A stretch of DNA of 52,772 bases from Macrostomum lignano (lineage: Eukaryota), in contig NIVC01004259.1 in assembly GCA_002269645.1 (NCBI GenBank), positions 1 to 52,772 of the forward strand, in the 5' to 3' direction. Each line of letters begins with the position of its first letter. The stretch's first letter is position 1. The position numbers and the translations under genes are program-made. Positions 11,516 to 23,362 of this stretch are shown in pieces. The notes under the pieces are model-generated. The model saw only the letters and a program-made list of their open reading frames with translations. It did not search any database and was not told the DNA's origin.

Positions 11516-12581
11516 TGAGGACAGTGCCCCCTGAGAACAGTATCCCATGAGGACAGTGACCCCTGAGAACAGTATCCCATGAGGACAGTGCCCCCTGAGA
11601 ACAGTATCCCATGAGGACAGTGCCCCATGAGGACAGTATCCCATGAGGACAGTATCCCATGAGGACAGTGCCCCATGAGGACAGTATCCCATGAGGACAG
11701 TATCCCATGAGGACAGTATCCCATGAGGACAGTGCCCCATGAGGACAGTATCCCATGAGGACAGTATCCCATGAGGACAGTATCCCATGAGGACAGTGCC
11801 CCCTGAGAACAGTATCCCATGAGGACAGTGACCCCTGAGAACAGTATCCCATGAGGACAGTGCCCCCTGAGAACAGTATCCCATGAGGACAGTGCCCCAT
11901 GAGGACAGTATCCCATGACGACAGTATCCCATGAGGACAGTATCCCATGAGGACAGTATCCCATGAGGACAGTATCCCATGAGGACAGTATCCCATGAGG
12001 ACAGTATCCCATGAGGACAGTATCCCATGAGGACAGTGCCCCATGAGAACAGTATCCCATGAGGACAGTATCCCATGAGGACAGTGCCCCCTGAGGACAG
12101 TGCCCCATGAGGACAGTGCCCCATGAGGACAGTATCCCATGAGGACAGTATCCCATGAGGACAGTATCCCATGAGGACAGTATCCCATGAGGACAGTATC
12201 CCATGAGGACAGTATCCCATGAGGACAGTATCCCATGAGGACAGTATCCCATGAGGACAGTATCCCATGAGGACAGTATCCCATGAGGACAGTATCCCAT
12301 GAGGACAGTATCCCATGAGGACAGTATCCCATGAGGACAGTATCCCATGAGGACAGTATCCCATGAGGACAGTATCCCATGAGGACAGTATCCCATGAGG
12401 ACAGTATCCCATGAGGACAGTATCCCATGAGGACAGTATCCCATGAGGACAGTAGCCCATGAGGACAGTATCCCATGAGGACAGTATCCCATGAGGACAG
12501 TAACCCATGAGGACAGTATCCCATGAGGACAGTAACCCATGAGGACAGTAGCCCATGAGGACAGTATCCCATGAGGACAGT
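11516..12581. repeat. 16-bp minisatellite (GAGGACAGTATCCCAT)
   Basis: About 66 units, beginning ~75 nt into the intron after the stalk exon donor. Confidence 0.96.
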
Positions 12582-12656
12582 AAGAACACAAAATCATTGA
12601 GAAATTGGCAAAGTCACAGAAGAGGCAAGAGCCACAAACACCAGTCGCTCCCTCAC

Positions 12657-12881
12657 CTTCAGTCCGGGCCACCTGGGTGAGGTTGAAGCGAGCCAAGTTA
12701 ATGGGTGGCCTAGGGTTGCCATTGTCGATGAGCTCTTTCCAGTCGGACAGCGGCCTGCTCTGCGGCTGCTTTTGCTGCTTGCGAAGAAATGAACCTTCTT
12801 CAGCCGGCTGCTGCTGCTGCTGTTGCAGGTCCCGAAATACAGAGTCAGCAGTGACGGCACCCGGCGACAGCTCTGTGGCAT
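12657..12881 (-). CDS. NGFR: p75NTR-like stalk exon (Q/P-rich linker)
   Basis: Acceptor cacttctccag|AT (phase 1) and donor GAA G|gtgagg (phase 1), 225 nt, in frame with the CRD and TM exons. Encodes ATELSPGAVTADSVFRDLQQQQQQPAEEG...QVARTE. Confidence 0.65.
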
Positions 12882-13430
12882 CTGGAGAAGTGGTCGGCGC
12901 CATGCTTAGCAGCCTGGATCCAAACGGCAACAGGCTTTTTCCCACCCTGGCTACACTCCCAATGTTCGAATGAATTCGCTGCAGCTAGTCTGCGTTCAAA
13001 GCCGAGCTGCGCCGGTTTTTTTAACGCCGAAAAGAAGGTAATTTTGAATTCGAACTTATAAAAGGCGGCCCCCAGCGCAGTGCAGTTGCTTTTGGATGAA
13101 ACCGAGCCAGCCAATGAGCTGGGGCCGGTGCAAAAACGGCTGAACGGGCTGGAAATCTCTTCTCTTCATAGATAGCTTCCTGCTATCTACGATTTATCTG
13201 GTTTAACGATGTCCTTAGCATGCTACTGACTTCAGTAGTGTGGGAAGAATATAATTTCGCTTATTTATCGATCTGGATGCATTTCTGCTTTAAACGTCTC
13301 AATCTCTACGAAACTAAGTAGTAGTCTAAGTAGTGACCATGCCAGGTGTTTTGCATTTATATTTATTTTTCAAAAAAAATATTCAATCGTTTTTTTCCTC
13401 TTCCGTTGAGGGCTACGATTACTTGCTCCG

Positions 13431-13695
13431 ATAGTTTACTAAAGGAGACTCTCTTTCTATCCCCATCATCAGCCAATCAAGAAGCTCAGATAGCTTACTA
13501 GCGAGGAGGCTCTCTTTCTACCCCCATCAGCCAATCAAAAAGCTCAGATAGCTTACTATGTAGCGAGGAGGCTCTCTTTCTACCCCCAACAGCCCCATCA
13601 GCCAATCAAGAAGCTCAGATAGCTTACTAGCGAGGAGGCTCTATTTCTACCCCCATCAGCCAATCAAAAAGCTCCGATAGCTTACTAGCGAGGAG
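13431..13695. repeat. ~58-72-bp tandem repeat x4 overlapping the CRD-exon donor site
   Basis: Unit GATAGCTTACTAGCGAGGAGGCTCTCTTTCTACCCCCATCAGCCAATCAA(G/A)AAGCTCA. Four GCTTAC copies (minus-strand GTAAGC) at 13493, 13551, 13622 and 13680. Confidence 0.85.
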
Positions 13696-14232
13696 ACCGC
13701 TGGCTTCAGAGCGGCAGACAGGTCCGGATGGTCGCTGGCAGGTTTCGGGCAGTAGCTGGTAACCGGGTGGACAGGCGGTAGCGCAGAGCCGGCAGATTCT
13801 GTTGGGCAGGCCGGCTAGGGGCGCCGAGAAGCTCCCAGCTGGGCAGGGCGCGCAGTCGGCCTGCCGAGTGCCGTTGCAGCTGGCTGGGTCCACGAGGCCC
13901 TGGCCAATCGGGCAGCTGGCGCAGGGCGCGCAGTCACCGCCGCGCAACCGGTAATAGCCGTCGGCGCATGGGCAGATGGTGTCCCGCTCGGCGGTGCACT
14001 CGGACACCAGCCTCTCGGACGGCCGGTTGCACGGTCGGCATTTTTCGCAGTTGTACAGCGCGCTAACTGCGGCGCTGAATGTGCGCATCTGACCAGAGCT
14101 GCACGGAACGCATTCGGTGTCGTGGAATTTGCCCGTAGCCTCATCCCTGTAGCACTTGGTGATCATGCCGTAGCCTTTGGCACACGGCCTGCAGCATAGC
14201 GAGCCAACGCTCTCCGTTCCTGGCCGACATTT
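13686..14232 (-). CDS. NGFR: p75NTR-like exon encoding four TNFR cysteine-rich domains
   Basis: Acceptor tttaacctacag|AAA TGT (phase 0), donor GCT A|gtaagc (phase 1), 547 nt. Translation KCRPGTESVGSLCCRPCAKGYG...CVPC..TFSAAVSALYNCEKCRPC...CTAERDTICPCADGYY...CAPCASCPIGQGLV...C...CAPCPAGSFS...CRLC..C...C..PVC follows the p75NTR CRD1-4 pattern (CCxxC, TFSxxVSA, CxCxxGYY, GxGLV, CPxGxF/YS). Confidence 0.92.
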
Positions 14233-14869
14233 CTGTAGGTTAAACCAGTTTTGATACGTGAAAGTCTCTCCCTCGCTGGTTTCATGTAGCTCACGCATTT
14301 GATTGGCTGCTGAGGGTAGAAAGTAGCATCTAGCCTCTGATAAGGGGGAAGAGGGGAAGGGTGGTGTCTGGCCTCTGATTGGCTGCTGGGTGAGGGGTAG
14401 GGTAGTGTCTGGCCTCTGCTTGGCTGCGGGAATAAAATACCACTTAATAATCTCTACGTTAATGATAGTACTTTTTAGCTGCCTGTTTAAACTTTTCTCG
14501 TGCAAAAATCGTAGCAACAGATTCTACTTACAGTAGAAAGACAAGGATATGAGTTATCAAACAAAGATACGCGCATTAGACAAAGAACGAGCTGATTCGA
14601 TTTTAATGACTGAACTCATTAAAAATGTAGGAATTTTTATTTAAAAGTTTTGAGTGAATCTGATGCTAGGTACTAACCTACATGCTCAGATATAATCAGA
14701 TATCTGTGTTGAGGGACCCTATTGTCTATATACCTCACTTCGTAGGCCCCCACGTTTGATGTGGGCACAGATTAATGAAACTTGGAGAGGGAGCAGCCCT
14801 ATTTCACTACCGCATACATGTAGGTGCAAGTGTGCGGTTCGGGTATATTGCTTGAATAAAACCGGTTAC

Positions 14870-14971
14870 TGCCCTGCTACAGACAGACCGACGTGCGCTG
14901 GCACATTTTACAGCAGCGGCAGCAGCAAACAACAACTGGCACACAGAGGGGGCAGAGGCAATACTGACTTG
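14870..14971 (-). CDS. Candidate signal-peptide exon of the p75NTR-like gene
   Basis: Open frame SIASAPSVCQLLFAAAAAVKCASARRSVCSRA. Possible acceptors at 14971 (phase 0) or 14963 (phase 2); phase-0 donors at 14912 (gtaaaa) or 14870 (gtaacc) match the CRD exon. Splice signals are weak. Confidence 0.35.
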
Positions 14972-15190
14972 CTGTATCAACTTTAGACACACCCAGGCTC
15001 AGGGGAATCCGGCCCCCCCGCCGCCGCTGCCATCGTAAACTTTTTTATGACGACCTCGGCCACCCCCCCCCCCCTAACAATATGGCAGCGCCTGGCTGCA
15101 TGGCTCGGCTCAAAAAGTTGCCCTAAAACACTTCTTACTGACTATAATATGCTCAGCCGCATTAATTAGTGGTAGTGCCTTAGTGTGTTG

Positions 15191-18100
15191 GCAGAATGGC
15201 ACTGAGACATGCAGAATGGCACTGAGACATGCAGAATGGCACTGAGACATGCAGAATGGCACTGAGACATTCAGAATGGCACTGAGACATACAGAAGGGC
15301 ACTGAGACATGCAGAATGGCACTGCAGATTTCAGAAGGGCACTGAGACATGCAGAATGGCACTGAGACATGCAGAATGGCACTGAGACATGCAGAATGGC
15401 ACTGAGACATGCAGAAGGGCACTGAGACATGCAGAATGGCACTGAGACATGCAGAATGGCACTGAGACATGCAGAAGGGCACTGAGACATGCAGAATGGC
15501 ACTGAGACATGCAGAATGGCACTGAGACATGCAGAATGGCACTGAAGAACTCAGAAGGGCACTGAGACATGCAGAATGGCACTGAGACATGCAGAATGGC
15601 ACTGAGACATGCAGAATGGCACTGAAGAACTCAGAAGGGCACTGAGACATGCAGAATGGCACTGAGACATGCAGAATGGCACTGAAGAACTCAGAAGGGC
15701 ACTGAGACATGCAGAATGGCACTGAGACATGCAGAAGGGCACTGAGACATGCAGAATGGCACTGAGACATGCAGAATGGCACTGAGACATGCAGAATGGC
15801 ACTGAGACATGCAGAATGGCACTGAGACATGCAGAATGGCACTGAGACATGCAGAAGGGCACTGAGACATGCAGAATGGCACTGAGACATGCAGAATGGC
15901 ACTGAGACATGCAGAATGGCACTGAGACATTCAAAATGGCACTGAGACATTCAGAATGGCACTGAGACATGCAGAATGGCACTGAGACATGCAGAATGGC
16001 ACTGAGACATGCAGAATGGCACTGAGACATGCAGAATGGCACTGAGACATTCAAAATGGCACTGAGACATGCAGAATGGCACTGAGACATGCAGAATGGC
16101 ACTGAGACATGCAGAATGGCACTGAGACATGCATAATGGCACTGAAGAACTCAGAAGGGCACTGAGACATTCAAAATGGCACTGAGACATGCAGAATGGC
16201 ACTGAGACATGCAGAATGGCACTGAGACATGCAGAATGGCACTGAGACATGCAGAATGGCACTGAGACATGCAGAAGGGCACTGAGACATGCAGAATGGC
16301 ACTGAGACATGCAGAAGGGCACTGAGACATGCAGAATGGCACTGAGACATGCAGAATGGCACTGAGACATTCAAAATGGCACTGAGACATTCAGAATGGC
16401 ACTGAGACATGCAGAATGGCACTGAGACATGCAGAATGGCACTGAGACATGCAGAATGGCACTGAGACATTTAAAATGGCACTGAGACATGCAGAAGGGC
16501 ACTGAGACATGCAGAATGGCACTGAGACATTCAAAATGGCACTGAGACATTCAGAATGGCACTGAGACATGCAGAATGGCACTGAGACATGCAGAATGGC
16601 ACTGAGACATGCAGAATGGCACTGAGACATTTAAAATGGCACTGAGACATGCAGAAGGGCACTGAGACATGCAGAATGGCACTGAGACATTCAAAATGGC
16701 ACTGAGACATTCAGAATGGCACTGAGACATGCAGAATGGCACTGAGATATGCAGAATGGCACTGCAGACTTCAGAAGGGCACTGAGACATGCAGAATGGC
16801 ACTGAGACATGCAGAATGGCACTGAGACATGCAGAAGGGCACTGAGACATGCAGAATGGCACTGAGACATGCAGAATGGCACTGAGACATGCAGAAGGGC
16901 ACTGAGACATGCAGAATGGCACTGAGACATGCAGAATGGCACTGAGACATGCAGAATGGCACTGAAGAACTCAGAAGGGCACTGAGACATGCAGAATGGC
17001 ACTGAGACATGCAGAATGGCACTGAGACATGCAGAATGGCACTGAGACATGCAGAATGGCACTGAGACATGCAGAATGGCACTGAAGAACTCAGAAGGGC
17101 ACTGAGACATGCAGAATGGCACTGAGACATGCAGAATGGCACTGAAGAACTCAGAAGGGCACTGAGACATGCAGAATGGCACTGAGACATGCAGAATGGC
17201 ACTGAGACATGCAGAATGGCACTGAGACATGCAGAATGGCACTGAGACATGCAGAATGGCACTGAGACATGCAGAATGGCACTGAGACATGCAGAATGGC
17301 ACTGAGACATGCAGAATGGCACTGAGACATGCAGAATGGCACTGAGACATGCAGAATGGCACTGAGACATGCAGAATGGCACTGAGACATGCAGAATGGC
17401 ACTGAGACATTCAAAATGGCACTGAGACATGCAGAATGGCACTGAGACATGCAGAATGGCACTGAGACATGCAGAATGGCACTGAGACATGCAGAATGGC
17501 ACTGAGACATGCAGAATGGCACTGAGACATGCAGAATGGCACTGAAGAACTCAGAAGGGCACTGAGACATGCAGAATGGCACTGAGACATGCAGAATGGC
17601 ACTGAGACATGCAGAATGGCACTGAGACATGCAGAATGGCACTGAGACATGCAGAAGGGCACTGAGACATGCAGAATGGCACTGAGACATTTAAAATGGC
17701 ACTGAGACATGCAGAAGGGCACTGAGACATGCAGAATGGCACTGAGACATTCAAAATGGCACTGAGACATTCAGAATGGCACTGAGACATGCAGAATGGC
17801 ACTGAGACATGCAGAATGGCACTGAGACATGCAGAATGGCACTGAGACATTTAAAATGGCACTGAGACATGCAGAAGGGCACTGAGACATGCAGAATGGC
17901 ACTGAGACATTCAAAATGGCACTGAGACATTCAGAATGGCACTGAGACATGCAGAATGGCACTGAGATATGCAGAATGGCACTGCAGACTTCAGAAGGGC
18001 ACTGAGACATGCAGAATGGCACTGAGACATGCAGAATGGCACTGAGACATGCAGAATGGCACTGAGACATGCAGAAGGGCACTGAGACATGCAGAATGGC

Positions 18101-18900
18101 ACTGAGACATTCAAAATGGCACTGAGACATGCAGAATGGCACTGAGACATGCAGAATGGCACTGAGATATGCAGAATGGCACTGAGACATGCAGAATGGC
18201 ACTGAGACATGCAGAATGGCACTGAGATATGCAGAATGGCACTGAGACATGCAGAATGGCACTGAGACATGCAGAATGGCACTGCAGAACTCAGAAGGGC
18301 ACTGAGACATTCAAAATGGCACTGAGACATGCAGAATGGCACTGAGACATGCAGAATGGCACTGAGACATGCAGAATGGCACTGCAGAACTCAGAAGGGC
18401 ACTGAGACATTCAAAATGGCACTGAGACATGCAGAATGGCACTGAGACATGCAGAATGGCACTGAGACATGCAGAATGGCACTGAGACATGCAGAATGGC
18501 ACTGAGATATGCAGAATGGCACTGAGACATGCAGAAGGGCACTGAGACATGCAGAATGGCACTGAGACATGCAGAATGGCACTGAGACATGCAGAATGGC
18601 ACTGAGACATGCAGAATGGCACTGAGACATGCAGAATGGCACTGAGACATGCAGAATGGCACTGAGACATGCAGAAGGGCACTGAGACATGCAGAATGGC
18701 ACTGAGACATGCAGAATGGCACTGAGACATGCAGAATGGCACTGAGACATGCAGAATGGCACTGAGACATGCAGAATGGCACTGAGACATGCATAATGGC
18801 ACTGCTGATTTCAGAAGGGCACTTAGACATGCAGAAGGGCACTGAGACATGCAGAATGGCACTGAGATATGCAGCATGGCACTGCAGAATTCAGAAGGGC
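15191..18900. repeat. 20-bp minisatellite (ACTGAGACATGCAGAATGGC), ~185 copies
   Basis: Strict 20-bp period over 3.7 kb with recurrent variants. It fills most of the putative first intron. Confidence 0.98.
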
Positions 18901-18951
18901 AACAAGTCGCCCGGGCTGACACAGATGTCTTAAGACCTTCCCAGATCTTAC

Positions 18952-19002
18952 CTGCGGCTGTCCATCGGCAGGCTTCACCAGTGCAGCTCTAACTCTTGGC
19001 AT
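18952..19002 (-). CDS. Candidate first coding exon of the p75NTR-like gene
   Basis: Strong donor CCGCAG|gtaaga at 18952/18951. ATG at 19002 (MPRVRAALVKPADGQPQ, phase 0) or 18965 (MDSR, phase 2); both can join the 14.9-kb candidate exon in the same frame. TATA box ~110 nt upstream. Confidence 0.4.
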
Positions 19003-19111
19003 TATTAATTCTCTAAATCCGACTAACTCTTAGCTTGTTTGTGGCTATCAAATCTAAGGTGAGAAGCTGATGAGAATTCCCGCTGATTCGCCCTGCTAGA
19101 GAGTCTGAGGG

Positions 19112-19178
19112 TTTATATACCACCAAGTCCTGTAATTGCTCCAAACAAAAGCCGCCGGGTCGCCGCGGTCGGGCCAAT
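19112..19178 (-). promoter_or_regulatory. Candidate core promoter (TATATAAA + CCAAT)
   Basis: Minus-strand TATATAAA at 19119-19112 with a CCAAT element at ~19174-19178, upstream of the candidate first exon. Confidence 0.4.
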
Positions 19179-19740
19179 GGTGAGCGGCCATTAATTCGCC
19201 TTTACAATTTTTAATTGCAGGTAGGGGGAGGGGTGGAAAGTGTGCGGGGCGGCCCAAGAATGGCATCAAACGCGGCCGCGTGGATTTCTGACCCGTCGTT
19301 TTGCTCCCGCAGACTGGCAGTGAAAGCAGGCGCAGCTCCCACTGCCAATACGGCCAGACCGCTCTGGGCCATAAACCAAAAAAGTGGGGCAGAGAAGAGT
19401 CGACCGCAAGGCGCGCAGCCAAGGACACCCAGTACGAGAACCTGGAGTGACAACTGTAGGGGTCTCTTGGTAGTTTTAACACAATTTTCCACGGCATATT
19501 TCTTATTATATTAAGATATCATAAATTCCGCTTGTTTTTGTAAATTTGGTCTCAATTCACACCCGAATATATACATCATAATCAATACATAAATCATACA
19601 TAAATTAAACATAAATAAATAAAAATACATAAATACATAAATCCGCATTTGAAAACACCAGAATTTAAGAGCACCCCTTCCGGAAGGCCTCTACTACACC
19701 TGCACTACATTTGTACTGCAGCATCTGGACGTTAAACCGT

Positions 19741-20482
19741 GGGTCTAACCATTAGACAGGCAGGTTTAATCATTAGACAGGCAGGTTTAACCATTAGACA
19801 GGCAGGTTTAATCATTAGACAGGCAGGTTTAACCATTAGACAGGCAGGTTTAACCATTAGACAGGCAGGATTGATCATTAGACAGGCAGGTTTAACCATT
19901 AGACAGGCAGGTTTAACCATTAGACAGGCAGGTTTAACCATTAGACAGGCAGGTTTAACCATTAGACAGGCAGGATTGATCATTAGACAGGCAGGTTTAA
20001 CCATTAGAAAAGCAAGTTTAACCATTAGACAGGCAGGTTTAACCATTAGACAGGCAGGATTGATCATTAGACAGGCAGGTTTAACCATTAGAAAAGCAAG
20101 TTTAACCATTAGACAGGCAGGTTTAACAATTAGACAGGCAGGTTTAACCATTAGACAGGCAGGTCTAACCATTAGACAGGCAGGTTTAACCATTAGACAG
20201 GCAGGTTTATTCATTAGACAGGCAGGTTTAACCATTAGACAGACAGGATTGATCATTAGACAGGCAGGTTTAACCATTAGAAAAGCAAGTTTAACCATTA
20301 GACAGGCAGGTTTAACCATTAGAAAAGCAAGTTTAACCATTAGACAGGCAGGTTTAACCATTAGACAGGCAGGTTTAACCATTAGACAGGCAGGTTTAGC
20401 CATTAGACAGGCAGGTTTAACCATTAGACAGGCAGGTTTAGCCATTAGACAGACAGGTTTAACCATTAGACAGGCAGGTTTA
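19741..20482. repeat. 21-bp minisatellite (TTAGACAGGCAGGTTTAACCA)
   Basis: About 35 units. Confidence 0.95.
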
Positions 20483-21129
20483 GCACTAGTTAATAAACAC
20501 TAATAGACACTATACACTAGTAAATGCCTGTAATGCAGTCGCTTGTAAACCAGCTTCTGGCTCCAGGCCTCCTTGGCACAACAGAAATATTATTATGGGA
20601 AGGCCACAAGGAACATAAACGTTGGTGCCTTGCATAAAAGAGGCAGGCCGCGGTCTGCTAGAGAGGGGGGAATAAAAATCTGCTTCGAAATCCCCCCGAC
20701 AGACTGCATAATAAAACCCGGGCGAGCTGGTGATGCAGGCCATTGCGGCTCCGCTGCCCAGTCTGTCAGCCTCTCGCGGTTAGAAGCTCAGAGGTTTGAT
20801 GAGGGACCTTGATGGGAGAAATTCATGGTAAGCTGAGGCGGATATAGACAGCCATATAAGTCGCATTTTATGTCCGCACGGAGCGGCGGCTTTCTTTTCG
20901 GGCGTTTCGGCAAAAGCAGAAGACACACAGACAGAAGAAAGCAATGCTGAAGGATTCGTGCGCGTTGCTTTCAAACTGCAGGGGGTATTAAAAACTCTCA
21001 AACTGAAAGGCAACCAAATTTGATTGCATAAATTGCTGCATATTCATAAATAAGTAATGAGCTCAACCGCTGCCAATTCGGTGTGTTGGTGAATAAAGGA
21101 ACCGCAGTGAATGCAAAAAAGGACCAGTG

Positions 21130-21385
21130 AATGCTTGATCTTGATCAGTGAATCTTGAGAAGAGATCAGTGAATCCTAAGTGAACCCTGAACAAAGATCA
21201 GTGAATCCTGAGTGAGTCCTGAACAAAGATCAGTGAGTCCTGAGAAAACATCAGTGAGTCCTGAGAAAAGATCAGTGAGTCCTGAGCAAAGATCAGTGAA
21301 TCCTGAGCAAAGATCAGTGAGTCCTGAGCAAAGATCAGTGAATCATGAGCAAAGATCAGTGAGTCCTGAACGAAGATCCGTGAAT
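21130..21385. repeat. 21-bp minisatellite (GAGCAAAGATCAGTGAGTCCT)
   Basis: About 10-12 units, degenerate ends. Confidence 0.85.
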
Positions 21386-21869
21386 CTTAAACATGCACGC
21401 CTCAATAAAGTATTAAATTCCTGCATTTGTGAATTTGAAGCAAGGTAAGGTAAGTGCGCAGTGAGTTAGAAGGAGGCGAACCCCTGGCCACCCACCGCCG
21501 CCAGGCCAGACGCCTATTGGGCACAAAGGCGCACCCGGCTCTCGGAAAATGAGAAAGATGTTACAGCGAAAGAGAGAGGGGGGAAAGGAAAAAGTAATAA
21601 AAAGTTGCTACACGAAAAAACAAACTGCTACACCAACATTGAGTCAGCATTTTAAAATTGGGGGATCGCAATTATCCTGCTCCACTAAAGCGCCAAAATT
21701 GAAACAAATGCGACAAGCGAGAGATACAAAGGAGACGAAGAACAGCAGAGGAATTCAATCCCAGTAAATCATATTTGGGGGATTCCCATGGGTGCCCAAG
21801 GGGCCTCCGGCTTTCACTAAGTCCAGAAACTGGAGTACGGAGCCGGAGGAAAAACAGAGGGACAATCTT

Positions 21870-22503
21870 GGATCTGGGATCGGGATCTGGGATCGGGATC
21901 TGGGATCGGGATCTGGGATCGGGATCTGGGATCGGGATCTGGGATCGGGATCTGGGATCGGGATCTGGGATCGGGATCTGGGATCGGGATCTGGGATCGG
22001 GATCTGGGATCGGGATCTGGGATCGGGATCTGGGATCGGGATCTGGGATCGGGATCTGGGATCGGGATCTGGGATCGGGATCTGGGATCGGGATCTGGGA
22101 TCGGGATCTGGGATCGGGATCTGGGATCGGGATCTGGGATCGGGATCTGGGATCGGGATCTGGGATCGGGATCTGGGATCGGGATCTGGGATCGGGATCT
22201 GGGATCGGGATCTGGGATCGGGATCTGGGATCGGGATCTGGGATCGGGATCTGGGATCGGGATCTGGGATCGGGATCTGGGATCGGGATCTGGGATCGGG
22301 ATCTGGGATCGGGATCTGGGATCGGGATCTGGGATCGGGATCTGGGATCGGGATCTGGGATCGGGATCTGGGATCGGGATCTGGGATCGGGATCTGGGAT
22401 CGGGATCTGGGATCGGGATCTGGGATCGGGATCTGGGATCGGGATCTGGGATCGGGATCTGGGATCGGGATCTGGGATCGGGATCTGGGATCGGGATCTG
22501 GGA
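21870..22503. repeat. 13-bp perfect tandem repeat (GGGATCTGGGATC)
   Basis: About 49 essentially identical units. Confidence 0.98.
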
Positions 22504-23362
22504 TTTTATTCGAGCATTTCATCAAAACTTCAGCACACTATCCAGCCTCACTGCTGACAGTAGTAGTGGACATCACTTTGGCACTCCCAGGACCCAGTAA
22601 CAATAATCAGCCCGTTGCCGCCCAATCGGTCGCTCCTCTAAGCTTGGCTGCTCCAGTCGTTAACGCAGTTTCAAGTCCGGGAATTAAGCTGTAAAGCTGA
22701 TTATTAGCATGCTGGCAGGCTGTAAAATCCCCAAATCCCCAGCTTTTTTATCCCCTCGAAATTGGCCTTATACGACCTGTCTAAGTCGGCTGGCTGAGGT
22801 GGGCTGGAGCATGGGGTGGGTTACAGACAATAAAATGTCTAGGTGAAGAGCCGCAGAGGCCATCTAACTAATTCGCAATCCAAACAATTGAGATGGAGGG
22901 TATTTGGGGGGGGGGTCAGGTGTCCCTTCCGTTTTATTGCCCAGTCTCAACCATAGCCCAGATCTCAGCCTCTCAGCTGCAGGCTAATAATACTCGAGTA
23001 TAAAACAGATGAATAGTTATCGCTGTAAACTCTCTGACTGCCCGATGAAGTGAGAGAGGGAAGAGGCTGCAGTTCACACCCTGCAACCATGAAGATTTTA
23101 TGGCGCAATCAAACTGCAGCCTGACGCAGCACCCTAAACCGGCCAGCCTCTGCTGCCCGCCATCAACCCTGTTTGTGTCTGAGGATTAGCTTGATTTAAC
23201 ACCTGCTCAGTGGGACTATACACTAATGCTCAAGTCCGTGCTTATAAGTTTTACATCGAAATGCGATTGACAGATTGCATTGCTCCAGTCCTTACTTTCT
23301 TATTGAGTAGCTGAATGTTGGAATTTATGGATTACGGCTCTGTTGGTAATTAAGCTAACAAG

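Larger units (their letters stand above)
4563..19002 (-). other. NGFR: p75 neurotrophin receptor (NGFR/TNFRSF16)-like gene, multi-exon model
   Basis: Phase-compatible GT-AG exons 14232-13686 (4 CRDs), 12881-12657 (stalk), 5541-5144 (TM + start of death domain) and 4921-4563 (rest of death domain). Domain order and motifs match p75NTR. The 5' exons (19002/18965-18952 and ~14971-14870) are tentative. Confidence 0.88.

Noticed and set aside
11354-12589. 400-480-aa ORFs (MGYCPHGILSSWDTVL)n
   Set aside because: 16-bp repeat artefact; it lies after a strong splice donor at 12657.
15110-18922. Many Cys-rich ORFs (MSQCHSACLSAILHVSVPFC) resembling metallothionein or keratin-associated proteins
   Set aside because: Translations of a 20-bp non-triplet repeat cycling through all three frames.
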